Origin: Lepidodermella squamata
Lineage: Eukaryota; Animalia; Gastrotricha
Length of the DNA: 64,000 nucleotides
Assembly (NCBI GenBank): GCA_047495785.1
Contig: JBLDXI010000020.1
Coordinates: 1,178,001 to 1,242,000, forward strand
Reading direction: 5' to 3'
Part shown: piece after piece, positions 1 through 11,748 of the stretch
How the letters are laid out: each line of letters begins with the position of its first letter
How positions within the stretch are numbered: position 1 is the stretch's first letter
Translations under genes and position numbers: made by a program
The notes under the pieces: generated by a model
The model's input: only the letters and a program-made list of their open reading frames with translations
The model's database searches: none
Told to the model about the DNA's origin: nothing

Positions 1-547
1 CAACAAAATTCAATATTATAGAAATTATTAGGTGCTTTTAAAAATAGCTTATTGCGCGCGTTGAAAAAAAATCAATTTAATTTTTTATTTATTCTGAAAA
101 ATGGTGAATTTCGCGTCGAAATTTAGCTTTTTGTTATCGCCGTCGGATTTCGCGTCTTACTATTTAGGAATTTTGAGAATTCAAGTGAAATTGAAAAAAA
201 TTCGTGTCTACCCTGCGGCCCCTTCTCTAGTTTTAGCGCGCTCGCACTCATGTGCGCGCTCTCGAAATCTTCGGCCTTCAAACAATAGAAACTTCGGACG
301 ACTTATGCCGCGCGCGCGCGGAAATTGTCACTGATAACGTCACCGAAGTTTCGCTTGAGTGTTCCGAAGTTTCAAGTTCGGTCTCCGAAGTCACCCTCCG
401 AAGTCACCGAAGTTAGTTTGTGGACGCACCATTAAATCGCAATTTTTCGAGTTTCACGTATTAAAAATGACGTTTTACCCAATACGCAAAACATTATGGC
501 GCATAGTGTATTAACATTGAAAATCCTATTATTCATAATTAATTTCC

Positions 548-1199
548 CCCTGGCAACAAGTGGGTCCAGCAGAAGACGGGACTCTCGCTCGCCGAATGGC
601 GGACGGGAATCAAAAAGCGACGACGAACGTGCTTCCCGTTCGAGCCTTGCCTGGTCGCAGCACTGATGGCGTCCTCTGTCGGCACTGCCACAGAGAGCCC
701 GAAACTTTAGGACACGTCCTAGGTGCTTGCAGTCATGGTAATGACTTGATCATCGCCCGGCACGATAACGTCAAGCGTCTCATCGCGAACGAGCTTACTC
801 ACCGAGGGTCGAAGGTGCAGGTTGAAAGGCGCGGTCTTGCGACGAACGGCGAATGGAGCGGAACGGCGGCCGGACATCATCGCCTGGAACCCTGAGACGA
901 AGGAAGGGTGGATCCTCGACCCGACTGTCCATATCGAAACGAATGTACCAGATCAGTTCGATCAAGCCGACGCGGTCAAGCGTGGCAAGTACGAGCCATG
1001 CGTGCCCTACTACCTTGAGCTCTATAAATTGAATAGCCTAACTGTCTGCGGTATCTATATCGGAGCCCGCGGAACCATCACGCGAGGCGTTGTTGATCTT
1101 TTTTATAAACTAGGTTTGCCTAAATCCTTACTGTGTGACATTGCTCTGTCGGTAATTAGGGACAACAAAGTGATCGTCCAGCGGCACCTATACAGCTAG
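548..1199 (+). mobile_element. 5'-truncated, frameshifted non-LTR retrotransposon fragment of the RLE type (R2/R4/NeSL-like): C-terminal CCHC knuckle and restriction-like endonuclease
   Basis: CRHCHREPETLGHVLGAC knuckle, RHD motif, then RRPDII...ILDPT...KRGKY (PD-D/ExK endonuclease) spread over the overlapping ORFs 560-895 and 822-1199; no RT domain present. Confidence 0.85.
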
Positions 1200-1513
1200 A
1201 TTTACCTACTCGTTGTTTTTTTCCTAATTCTGCTATTGTTGTATAAACAAAAACTAGATCCTCTTTCTGTGTCTACGGGCAACAGGGGCCTATGCGCTAC
1301 CTGCAGACCATCGCTTTTATAATATAAAATGATCATTGTTGTTGTGTTTGCGATACTCACTAATTTTATATTGGCGAATGATATAACAAAGTCGAAGCGA
1401 ATGATATAACTAAGAGAATTCAAAGTCCTTATGAGAGTCCCCGCTCACCTGACTGCTTCGTTGCATTGTAAATCGACAAATCCCCAGGACCCAGGACTTG
1501 AGAAAAATCTCTA

Positions 1514-2052
1514 TCTCTATAAAATTAGATATCGCAGTCGGTCCAACTGCGAGTGAGTGCGATGACTCTAAGACTCTAAGCTTTAAGAGCTTTATGTGTG
1601 AGTACGATGACCCACGAGTGAGCACGATGACTCAATATATCTACGGCTATTTGAGTAACTGAAATTCAGAAACTAAGTTTTCTGAGGCTTTGGTGCCGTT
1701 ATATAGGCCTCTCTCGTGTAAGCTCCACCCCCGCGCGATGGCCACCGCCACGCTCTGACCGTTCACGGTCATGACCTCGCGCACTATAATAATGCGTAGT
1801 TTTATTGCACATACCTATAGCAATAATTTTATTTGCTTGGCCAATAAAAGTCGGCCCTCACCCCAGTGGGCGGAGCTTTTAGACGGTCTATATAAGGGAC
1901 CGAAAACCGCAGATTACTTAGTTTCTGAATTTCAGTAACTCAAATAGCCGTAGATATATTGAGTCATCGTGCTCACACATAAAGCTCTTGAAGCTTAGAG
2001 TCTTAGAGTCATCGCACTCACTCGCAGACTGCGATATCTAATTTTATAGAGA
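1514..2052. mobile_element. MITE-like element with long imperfect terminal inverted repeats
   Basis: TCTCTATAAAATTAGATATCGCAGTC...GAAATTCAGAAACTAAGT (from 1514) is the reverse complement of ACTTAGTTTCTGAATTTC...GACTGCGATATCTAATTTTATAGAGA (to 2052); no coding capacity; TSD uncertain (possibly AAAT). Confidence 0.85.
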
Positions 2053-2053
2053 A

Positions 2054-4243
2054 ATGCCGGAGACTATTGAACAGTTGGATAGGTCAACACGCAGCGGCGT
2101 CTACAATTTGGCGTCTACAAAATTTGGCGGTGGCCCTGACAATCTGCCTCAATTTTTACTTAAAAATCTCGCTACTTCTCTCTCTGCACCTCTTTCTATC
2201 ATCTTCAACTCTTCTATGCTCTCAGGTCAGCTACCAGACGTTTGGAAGGTGGCAGATGCAGTCCTCCGATTTTTTTTCGTGACTCAACAGTGTCTGCCAC
2301 TGGAAAAAAATTGCGAAAAAGTGTACGCCAATTTGGAATTTTTTTATTTTGTCGTTTGTTTCGCTAAGCTGCTGTAGATTGGTTCGAAGTTCGCTAAATT
2401 CGCGAACCTAGTTAATACGCGATTGAAAAATCACAGATGCTATTTCCCAAAGCTTGAAGCCTGAAGTCTTCAATGCTGTTCTAGGGGAGTAAGGCGTAAG
2501 GTATTTTATACCGCCTTATTTTATAAAATCAGGGAAACAAAGGAATATGACTAGAATGCGAGCGAAGCGAGCCGATTTTTCGGCGATTCGCCTCTGAAAA
2601 TGCGAAAAATGAGCATCTCGAAGCTGGTTTTCTCTCTAAAAAGGATGGAATTTTAGGTCTCTTTCCAACTTCCTTCCGGACAGATTCCAGATCCCAGATA
2701 ATTGAAAATTGGTTCTAATGAGAATGGAAACTGGTGGCTTAGGAGAATGGAATAAAAGGAAAATGGATATCAGCGAGCGAAGCGAGCAAATTTTCGATAT
2801 GAAAACACACAAATTGTGTATTTTTAACTCGAGAAATCCCTAAACCTGACTAGCTTCATAAGGTCTTAAAAGTGTACGCCGATTAACTATACCCTTTTCT
2901 CAACGGTTTTAATAAGGACTATTTTTTTGTGTCTGCCACTGAGCGTGGTCCAGTGGGCAAAAATCGGAACACTGGGCAGATGTTATTTCTATCTACAAGA
3001 AAAGCGGATCTCGGCTGGAAGCTAAAAATTACCGGCCTATCAGTCTTGCCAGTAACATCTGCAAATTGCAAGAAAAAATTATAAAAAATATTCTTACTGA
3101 GTATCTGAAAAGAAATAATGTGATACCGCCTAACCAGTTCGGCTTCCTGGAAAAGCGAAATGTTGAACTATTGCTCTTAATCTGTCTCAATAAATTCACG
3201 TTCTACCGAGATAATAATATACCCGTGGACATAATTTACCTTGATTTGGCGAAAGCCTTCGACTCTGTTCCTATTTTCAAGCTAATAAGTGCTCTTAAGA
3301 GTTTCAACATATGCGGAAATCTACTCGCGTGGCTAAAGTCGTACCTCTTAGACCGCAATTTCCGAACTAAAATAGGTAACAGTATGTCAGGTTGGAGAAA
3401 TGTGAACTCAGGTGTGCCTCAGGGCTCAGTTCTTGGACCGCTTCTATTTATTATATTTCTTATAGCTATCGATATCGACACGAAAGTCGAGTCTCCCTTA
3501 TTTTTTTCGCTGATGACAACAAAGTGTTCAGACCGATTATGAAAAATGAAGACAAATGTGTTTTGCAAAAAGATCTCGACAACATCATTTCTTGTTTTAA
3601 TGAAAATGGTCTCGATATAAATTGTGAAAAATGTTGTGTAATGAGAATCGGAGCAAGCGATGAAATCTCGACAGACTATACTATAAATAACATACCTATT
3701 CGCGTTGTAAAGTCCACTAAAGACCTAGGCGTTGTTGTTGATAAGGATCTAAGCTTCACGCAACATTGTGCTACACTTATGAACCGGTGCTCAAGTCTAT
3801 GCTCTGCTATTTTAAAGAGTTTCAGATGCAATCGATTAAAGATAATGGCTTTTAAAACTTATGTTTTGCCGATTCTGGACTACTGTTCTACTGTGTATAG
3901 CCCCTATTTTCTCACAACGATTGACAACTTGGAAAAAATACAAGAAAGATTTCTTAAAGCTGTGTTTCCAACCTTGAGCTACGATGATGCGTGCAAACAC
4001 TCTGGTACACTACGATTAGAAAATCGTAGAATTTTACGTGACTTGTTGTTTTTTTCAAAGCTTACCACAATTTTGTTGATGTCTCTTTTTCATCTTTGTT
4101 CGACTACTAACACTAGAAAGGCGAAACACTGCATAGTTCCTTCTAAATGTCGCTCAGATCCCCGAAGATTTTGTATTGGCAACAGAATTAACAAAATATG
4201 GAATAAGGTACCAGAATGCATAATTAACTCGGTCGCTCATTAG
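2054..4243 (+). mobile_element. 5'-truncated CR1/L2-type LINE ORF2 (reverse transcriptase), interrupted and frameshifted
   Basis: GPDNLP...LSIIFNSSM..GQLPDVWKVA; NYRPISL; QFGF; YLDLAKAFDSV; SGVPQGSVLGPLLF; FADD; KDLGV; LDYCSTVYSP; WNKVP; frameshift near 3500 and hAT insertion at 2259-2974. Confidence 0.93.
2259..2974. mobile_element. Non-autonomous hAT-like DNA transposon inserted in the LINE
   Basis: Perfect 8-bp TSD GGCAGATG (2251-2258 and 2975-2982); TIRs CAGTCCTCCGATTTTT / AAAAATCGGAACACTG; removing it restores the RT frame WKVADVISIYKKSG. Confidence 0.9.
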
Positions 4244-4762
4244 GCCGCGATAGTTCCGGCCGTGATGAGGCAGCGTTAGATTGTCGTGCGTGTGTGCCAG
4301 AATTCATGAAATATTTGTATATTGACCTAAAGTGCTCCCTTCTATAGCCGGCAACTTTGGATATAGCGCAATTATTTAGTGGGACTCATTCGCTTACTCG
4401 CAACTCACATCCCTAGGAACAACCGTGCGTTACCCCGTCTCTGGTTGCTAACCCGATAGGGATAGCGTCCAGCCAATAAACATTATCGCGGTGTCATTAG
4501 GAACTCAGGGAAGAAGTGCTAACATACCTACCTAAAACAGCTGTGTTGCACTCAATTGTCATAAGAACATCGATGAATCAAGACATAAATTAATTATTTT
4601 CATCATACCGTTGGATAATCGAGCTCAACTCATTGAATACTAACTATCTTGGCTAAATCGACCCAGCCGAGTTCGATTCTTCAATCAGATTTTGATTATC
4701 TGTCACCGCCTTCAACCCATCCCATTTGAATTTTCTCCCCTTTTGTTCGAAAAAGGCACGAT

Positions 4763-4932
4763 TCTCTGTCCGTGACGGTTGGGTGGGGCCTTAACTACGA
4801 GGGATGGTAGAGCTCAAAAGGTCTCATTCGAAGTGTCATAGTGGCTAGAAAGAAGAAAAAATCACTATTCATTATATAGCGCTTAATCCTTGCCAAAAAA
4901 TTGAAAATAGGCGAAAACGTCACGGACAGAGA
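4763..4932. repeat. 15-bp perfect inverted repeat pair flanking about 140 bp (small MITE remnant)
   Basis: TCTCTGTCCGTGACG (4763-4777) and CGTCACGGACAGAGA (4918-4932). Confidence 0.55.
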
Positions 4933-5738
4933 TTTGTTGATACGTTTGGCAAATATTACGCAATGCATCATTTTGACAAACCGAACACCTTATGTTAGAT
5001 ATTTTTTACGCCTTAATACCAATATCAGTCGATAACAACTCGACGGAAAGAACTCGTCAGTCATTATTTACGGCAAACAGCTATGGAAAATGATGAAAAT
5101 TCGCCTTGATGTTGAATATTATTATTGGGTTACGCAATCATGTCAACATGTCAAAAAATGCTGAGAATTCGAAAATAAATAATAGAATCTAACGGCCTAG
5201 GTCAAGAGCTATCTGACGATATGCAACACTTGGTCTGAATTTAAAATTTATAAATCGATGAAAAGTGATGCTTTCTCGTGGAATCACCCATATAGGCATC
5301 CAACTAACTGCTAGGAGCGCTGTGTTACTTGAGGACACTCGTATAGATCGAGGAAACAGCTATGGGTCATTCACTCTCATGGATTGGATTGGATCTCACC
5401 ATAGTCCTGGAAGGAACTCGGGTTGAGCGTTCGCGTCAACCCTCATTACTCATGATTGAAACAAAGGCTGTACAAAGTATAGGGCAAGCTTCTGATTTTT
5501 TTCACCACTAGACCACGCTTCATTACTTACACCCGTTGGGAAAACCGATTTATTAAAAAGTTGAGAACATGGTGGGAAGGGTGTATTTTTCAGCGTTAAC
5601 TTTGATGCCTTGTGAATACGGTCAAGTTTAATCATTTTTGGGGAAAAATAATCGAAATTTTACGTGGTTTCATGAACATATATTTTGTTAGAATTTTTCA
5701 TATCCTATAAAGACAACCTTTCTCATTCTTATTAATAT

Positions 5739-6300
5739 TAACCCTTTCACGGCCGAATTGTTTGTCTGTGGTAGAAACATATTTGACAGCATTTTAAGGG
5801 GTTTTCGAAGGCCCTGATCACAATTTTGAAACCCGCTTGTCTCTATCTATCACCGTTGGGCTTGTGCGTGGTCGAGATCGCCTTATCGGCCCATCAGATT
5901 CCAGACAATTTTTTAGCACTGTGATTTCTACATCAGATGCTTTGAAAATTTCAATTTCAGATCCTAAATTACTCCCACGAAGGTCCTTAACGTAAGTTAT
6001 CAGTTTTTGCAGACCTTACGCAGTGTTTTTTACGTGCATGTTACAGAAAATGTAACACCCATTCGGAAAGAGTGTAACAACCAAAATTGAAGTAACGTTG
6101 AATTGTCATTGTTAGGATATTTGGGAGCCTATTCGAGTGGAAAATTCAAAAAAATTATATTTCGCGCGAGGAAACTGCCAAAAAAATTGTCTCAACTAAT
6201 CGCTGCTTAAATAAAACAGCGTTTTACACGTACCCTATAGCCTAGAGCAAGAGAGTGTAGGACTTGGCATCATTTATGATCCTCTTTTTGTGCATTCACT
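5739..6300 (+). mobile_element. Possible piggyBac-like element fragment (left end only)
   Basis: TTAA followed by CCCTTTCACGGCC is a typical piggyBac-type terminus; no matching right end found, so the extent is a guess. Confidence 0.3.
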
Positions 6301-6844
6301 AAATTCGCGGATTTGTTACCTCCTACAAAGATTGAGCTACAAAAGTTTTGATTTCAAAAATTTGTTCAAAATTCGGATTTGTTCAACAGATGAAAAACAA
6401 AAAAAACTGAAAAAGTTGCAAAATTTTTCCGATCGAGTACGCTTTTTTTTAATTGTCTCCAGTGCCAGACACTTACGGCGGGCCACTGGCTGGTATTGCG
6501 TAAGAAAAAATCGATATATAATGCAGAACTTTGCACTATATTATTTTGTTGCACTCACTCGGAGCTCTTTTCCTTTATTAGTCTGGAGCCTTTTTCTTTA
6601 CCAGGAGCGTGACTGTCCTCCAGTCTTGTTTCCATATCAGATTATGCATGTCTGTCGTGTTCCAACTTTTTATCGCGAACAAAAGAATCGGTAAACAAAT
6701 CTGTCATGCTAAAAACCGAATGTTTCATCTTTGATGCTTGCTCGATTCTTTTTTCTCAGCAGCCGGAACAATTACGCAACCGCTCAGATAATGAGCGAAA
6801 AACAGTAAGAAGAGCACAGAAAACAGATGTACACGTCTAGGCTG

Positions 6845-6852
6845 CTATAAAA
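6845..6852 (+). promoter_or_regulatory. TATA box of Ly6 gene 1
   Basis: CTATAAAA about 90 bp upstream of the ATG at 6938. Confidence 0.45.
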
Positions 6853-6937
6853 GCTCTTCTCATTAGACAAATTGCAGAGAAGCACAAAAAGATTAGGAAC
6901 AATTCGGCAGGAAAGTTGAATCTCAATCACATCTAGA

Positions 6938-7410
6938 ATGCATCAGATCGTTTTTATCGCCGCCGCTTTATGCGCTATCATCTCCTTCGCTTCTGCTGTC
7001 ACAATCACTGGTCCTCAGTATTGCTGGGTTTTGGCAAACGGAAACACTGGACTTGGTAAACTTACAGCAGTCACCGCCGATGCCAACGCCAACAGCGCTT
7101 GCTATGCTGGATACCTATACAGCGGCGGGTGAGATTTTAAATGAAATAACTTAGTTTGTTCATTGATGTGTTTTCCAGAGCCAATATTGCTGAGCGAGGT
7201 CAATATACCAAGACCACCACTATTACTACGAGCACGGACTGCCCATCAGTCACCCTCGCAGGTACAACTCTTCCGCTCACCGACTCCAAGTATCAGTGCT
7301 GCACCACCAGTGCTGGTTGTAACACTATTGGTTCAGATGCTGGCTCGGTCCACCCGGCTGCTCCGCTTCTCGTTCTTTCGGCTGTTGCAGCTGCTGCTTA
7401 CATCCGCTAA
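6938..7410 (+). CDS. Ly6/uPAR three-finger-like GPI-anchored protein 1 (6 Cys in the mature domain); exons 6938-7128 and 7179-7410
   Basis: Signal peptide MHQIVFIAAALCAIISFASA; CW...CY...C...CCTTSAGCN; hydrophobic C-terminal tail; in-frame GT-AG intron of 50 nt. Confidence 0.85.
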
Positions 7411-8255
7411 GAAAATACGGCCTTGCTACAATCTTGTAACGACACAACGGGGTGTCAAACTCGTTCGAAATAACCCTACTTTCATTTACCCATAATGACA
7501 TTGCGTCATGATCTAACCCCACAGTGCAATGAACTGATTTGAATAAATAAAATTTTCCTGGACGTGAGGCATCATTCCGTTTCCTATAGCTGATTGCATT
7601 TTGGAAGCAGCCCAAATTAACTCAGAGCAGAGTGAAGAATAGCCAGATGCAGAGAACATTGAGCTAAGCGCAACATATCGACTGCTTCTCAAATCTCAAA
7701 TCAGTCAACTAGCCTGTGGTGCAAAAGCCCTTCCCCAAGCCATATACTTGCAGAAGACTTTCAGCAGAAAATGAATGTTTGACCCTTTGAGCTGAACTCT
7801 GAACTCAATTAAATCTTCGATATGTGCCTAGCTTAGTATTGCTACAATTCATTTACAATTCATTCATCATCTTCATCGTCTTCATTCGACAATGCATCGC
7901 AAAGCTTTCTAAAACAATCGTGAGTAAATTCAGCAGAAAAGGTTTCTGCATTCGCAAGTCGACTCTTAGCTTTTTGCAAGGTTAATGACGACCAGGTAAC
8001 TACTTGTCACTTGTCACCTTGCAAGAGTTTGAGTGTTTTCGTCAAATTAATGATTTCAATTAATATAAGGCGGATTCGGTTGAGCAGCCACGGAAGTTCT
8101 ACCGCAAATAATCAATTTCGAAAATTTTACCTGTAATTTAATGCCCAAATAGGTTGCATTGATGGACATTTTACACATCCAGACTGGCATTTTTTGGGCT
8201 TTGGGCTTTATATTTACCTGGTTCTTAACCTTGCCACTTTCGATATGCCAAAGTC

Positions 8256-9069
8256 GCCCCGTAGCAACATTTCAATGCCGTATTCTGTATTTCGTGAAAA
8301 ATCTCCGTATCGTATGAAAAAATGTCACAAAATACAGAGTACGAGCCCCGTATTCTGTGATTTTCATGAAATATGGGCCGTATTCCGTAAAAAATCCCGT
8401 ATTTTGTGAAACCCTGATACGTAACGTGAGAAAATGCCGTATTTCGTGAAATCGGGCCACGTAACGTATACACAGACCGTATTACGTGAAAAATCTAGAA
8501 AATACAAAATAATTTAGAGATTCTTCACGATACGTGGCAAAGTTTCACGGAATACGGCGCGTAATTCTGTAAAAAGTGAAATAAATGCGACTGTGCATAT
8601 GCTAATGAGATGAGCATTTCAGAGGAGGCTCACGACTGAAGGGGGAAGTGTCTAAAAAATCAATGATTAATTATTCTTAAATATTATATGGTCGCAAACC
8701 ATAGTAGGGAGAGAACTCTTTCTCACTTTTTCTCACTTGCTGGTAATTCTGCGGTGGTTGCAAGTGACTACTAACATTCTTCGAACTTGAGGTGGATCCT
8801 CAAATGACTTCATATTACAATTAATGGAAAAAATAGTTTTTATTTCGAATTCCTTATTCCGTGAACTTTAAACGTATTGCGTAATACGTATTACGTATCA
8901 CGAATCACGTAAATTTTGATCATTTCGTGATATGGAATCCACCTCAAAATACGGAACTTATTTTGTATTACGGGCCACTTTTCACGATACGGACAGCTCC
9001 GTATTACGGAAATAGCTCATTTGCATATTTCATCCTACGGAAAATCCACGTATTTTGTTGCTACGGGGC
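8256..9069. mobile_element. MITE with 14-bp TIRs and many subterminal CCGTATT/AATACGG motifs
   Basis: GCCCCGTAGCAACA (8256) and TGTTGCTACGGGGC (to 9069); repeated (C)CGTAT(T) motifs in both arms; ORFs here look like repeat artefacts. Confidence 0.7.
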
Positions 9070-9358
9070 CCCCAAAATGTCCAAAGTCACGGTGATAAAC
9101 TCGACTTTTAAGACCTCGGACTAGACATGCCTGAGTCCGCAACTTAAGGTAGTGCGAACCAAATAATTAGGAAAAAACTAATTAAAACAGTCTGGAAAAT
9201 TATAGCCTCGCCAATTTTTTTATTAACAGAGGGTTTTCAAGGATCATGACGTTACAGCGAACGAAGCCATTTGAAATTATGGCCAATATTGCCTAAAGTA
9301 ATGTCATCAATTCTTAGGATCGCTGCCGCAGCCAGAGTGATAATTAGCGAAAAGGACT

Positions 9359-9779
9359 TCAAAAGCTGGTTAGTGCTGCGACGAGAGTTGAAATTATCAG
9401 TATGCCGCTGCTCACAAATGATGTTCCGGTGTTACACAAATCGGATGTGCAACAAGTTGCGGGAGCAGATGAGCTACCGATTGTAACAGTGGACGGGCAC
9501 GAAGCAATGCAGCCTTTCGTATAAAGAGTCGTTCTTGAAGTAAAGAAAACGATTTGACGAGTTGACAAAAAGTTGATACAGAGAAGTATATTACTCTTAC
9601 CCAGATGAAGTCACAGATGCCGAATAGCAGTAATTGTTATCAGACGATGGGCAATTGGTAGCTGTCCCCGTGGATGTCCCTGCACTAACAGCGTAACAAG
9701 TCGACACAGTGGCCCACACGCAGAAAGGCAATGCCACGATACTAAGTGTCAAGATCAATGCAATGCCCTGAAGTGACAT
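9359..9779 (-). CDS. Ly6/three-finger GPI-anchored protein 2 (8 Cys); exons 9779-9601 and 9533-9359
   Basis: Signal peptide; TCY...NCP...YCY|...KGCIASC...CCTSDLCN; hydrophobic tail GILIISTLVAALTSF. Confidence 0.9.
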
Positions 9780-11748
9780 TTCGAAATTTGACGGCTGAAA
9801 TAAAGACAACTTATTTAGTAATTGCTCAGGTCGGAGATAGAAGAAACGAAATGCAAAAAATGCAGTCGTGAATTGCGACGTCAACGTAGGATGTTTCCTT
9901 ACTCACTCGAGCGGCCACCGTGGAGCACGTTTGTGTTTTGGCATGAATCTTGGTATCCAAAACCATATTGGACCCGCTTCGTGGAGCGAATTAATCAAGT
10001 CAATACGCTATTGTTTTTATCAATGTCATGCTGCTTCCGTCACACGCTTAATACGCGCTTAATGAGCATGACATGAACGCTACTTTCCCCCGCTATTATC
10101 CTATGCCGCATTCCGTGATCGCAACCTGGAAAATCCGGCAACCTGGAGACTGCTCAGCTTTGACCTAAACAAACATATATTGGAGCAAAAAAAACTAATT
10201 CTGAAATAATGCAAAGACTGCGTACTATCAATACCTATGGCGGAACATATGAATTGTCGGTATCTCGGTAATTAACAATTAACTTACGGTTTCGGCTCTA
10301 AAATTGAGGAGCCAACCCTAAATAAGCAGGTTATGTCTGAATTCTTCCGATATTATGAATTTTCGAATATTTTCTATCTGCAAAGTTATGCACCATGTGA
10401 TGTTTCATTTCGCCTACGTAAGCAGCAAAAATGAACATTTTTAAAACCAGACTTGAAATGGATTTCGGCTCAGCAGGCTGATTTCAGTTGTTTCATTCAT
10501 CAGCATTTGCCATCATTTATTGCACAAAATTACAGCGGAAATGAGAAAATGAGAAGCCGGTACCAATATGCCGGGCGTGAGGTTAACTTAATTCTCGCTA
10601 AGCGCTAAGCGTAACGAGTGTCCGGGGAGGACCGGTAGCAAGCTAACTAATCCGATCGTCTATCTCAACCCTACACTATACGATATTTTATTCAACTATA
10701 CCCCGAATTTGCGGCTTCTGCAGTTCCATGAAAATCCTGGCGTCGCTCCTAAATTTTGACATTTGTAATTCTCCAAGAAGATCAATTTTTAATTCATATG
10801 TTGTGTAAACTGTTGGATACCATCGATTGGTGGCAGCAAATTCATGCTCTTTTCTGCAGAATTTTTGTTTTAATTCAATCATGGACACCAGGCTATGTTT
10901 GATGAGAAGTTATTCTCGATGCCAGTTGATAGCGTGATTCGAGGGCTATCGTTTGGCACTAATTTTGCCGAGCGATCCCTCTTGAAAGTTTCACAAATAG
11001 TGCGATTTGCGAAACAAAAGTAAGATGTCTTCAGAATTTCCATCATATCCCACAATTGGTCAATCTTAAACGAACGATTTAGCAGGGCTTGTTCGACAGC
11101 CCTAATCCTCATCTATTCGAATAAGTACGATTCCTAAGATTTGGAGAAAAACTGGAGATGCTACGAAGAAAATAACAATATTTGCTGCGGAAAAGAGTAT
11201 GAATTTGCTGCGGATTAAAGTATTTTTCCCATGGATTCACCTTGATTTTGATTGCTCTTAAATTCAAGCATAAGTTGAACCTCGAATTCAGTGGTGGAAC
11301 CTTCAGTGTGAGAAGTTCCAGTCTCCCCGAATGTTGAGAAATCACTAGTTTGAGGACTCAAGATCTAACATGCGGAAGACTAATAAAGATCATAAACAGA
11401 CAATAAAAATGACAAATGGGTTTGACTCGAGTCAAAGTAGCAAAGAGACGCTTCAGCAATAAACGAAATCAAGTGAAAAAATGAAAAGATGAGATATTGC
11501 TGGACTAGTGCTGTGGGACTTGCTGTGGGATGCCACCTCAAGACGATGATTCTCCACGTATTAAAACATTTTATTTTTTAAATGGCAACATGATTTTGAA
11601 GACACAGAACAAAACGAGTACCAGATACAACTTGATTAGTTTTTCGGCTATGACTCGCGGCTTTAGGCTCAAAATCTGCACGTTGGCATATTCTTGCTTG
11701 CCTGGTGTATGAAGTATGAATGTTGATTTCCTTTAATCCCAGCTTTTA

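Noticed and set aside
285-430. Clustered CCGAAGT motifs ending in GGACGCACC
   Set aside because: Looks like the right end of a MITE, but the matching left terminus is not in the window
5351-5364. AGGAAACAGCTATG matches part of the M13 reverse primer/lacZ start
   Set aside because: Only 14 bp with no flanking vector sequence; a similar motif occurs near 5075; most likely chance
7600-8010. Minus-strand coding-like stretch ending CDALSNEDDEDDE
   Set aside because: Multiple stops follow and no start or family is identifiable; possible relic only
8194-9124. Several short ORFs on both strands
   Set aside because: They fall within a repeat-rich MITE and show no protein-like motifs
10560-10680. 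GC-richer patch with partial resemblance to a twister ribozyme core on the minus strand
   Set aside because: Required pseudoknot pairings and conserved flanking motifs could not be found by eye; an Infernal/Rfam scan would be needed
10688-11345. Three abutting minus-strand ORFs downstream of PLOD
   Set aside because: No recognisable domain and no convincing splice model; may be a decayed gene or transposon
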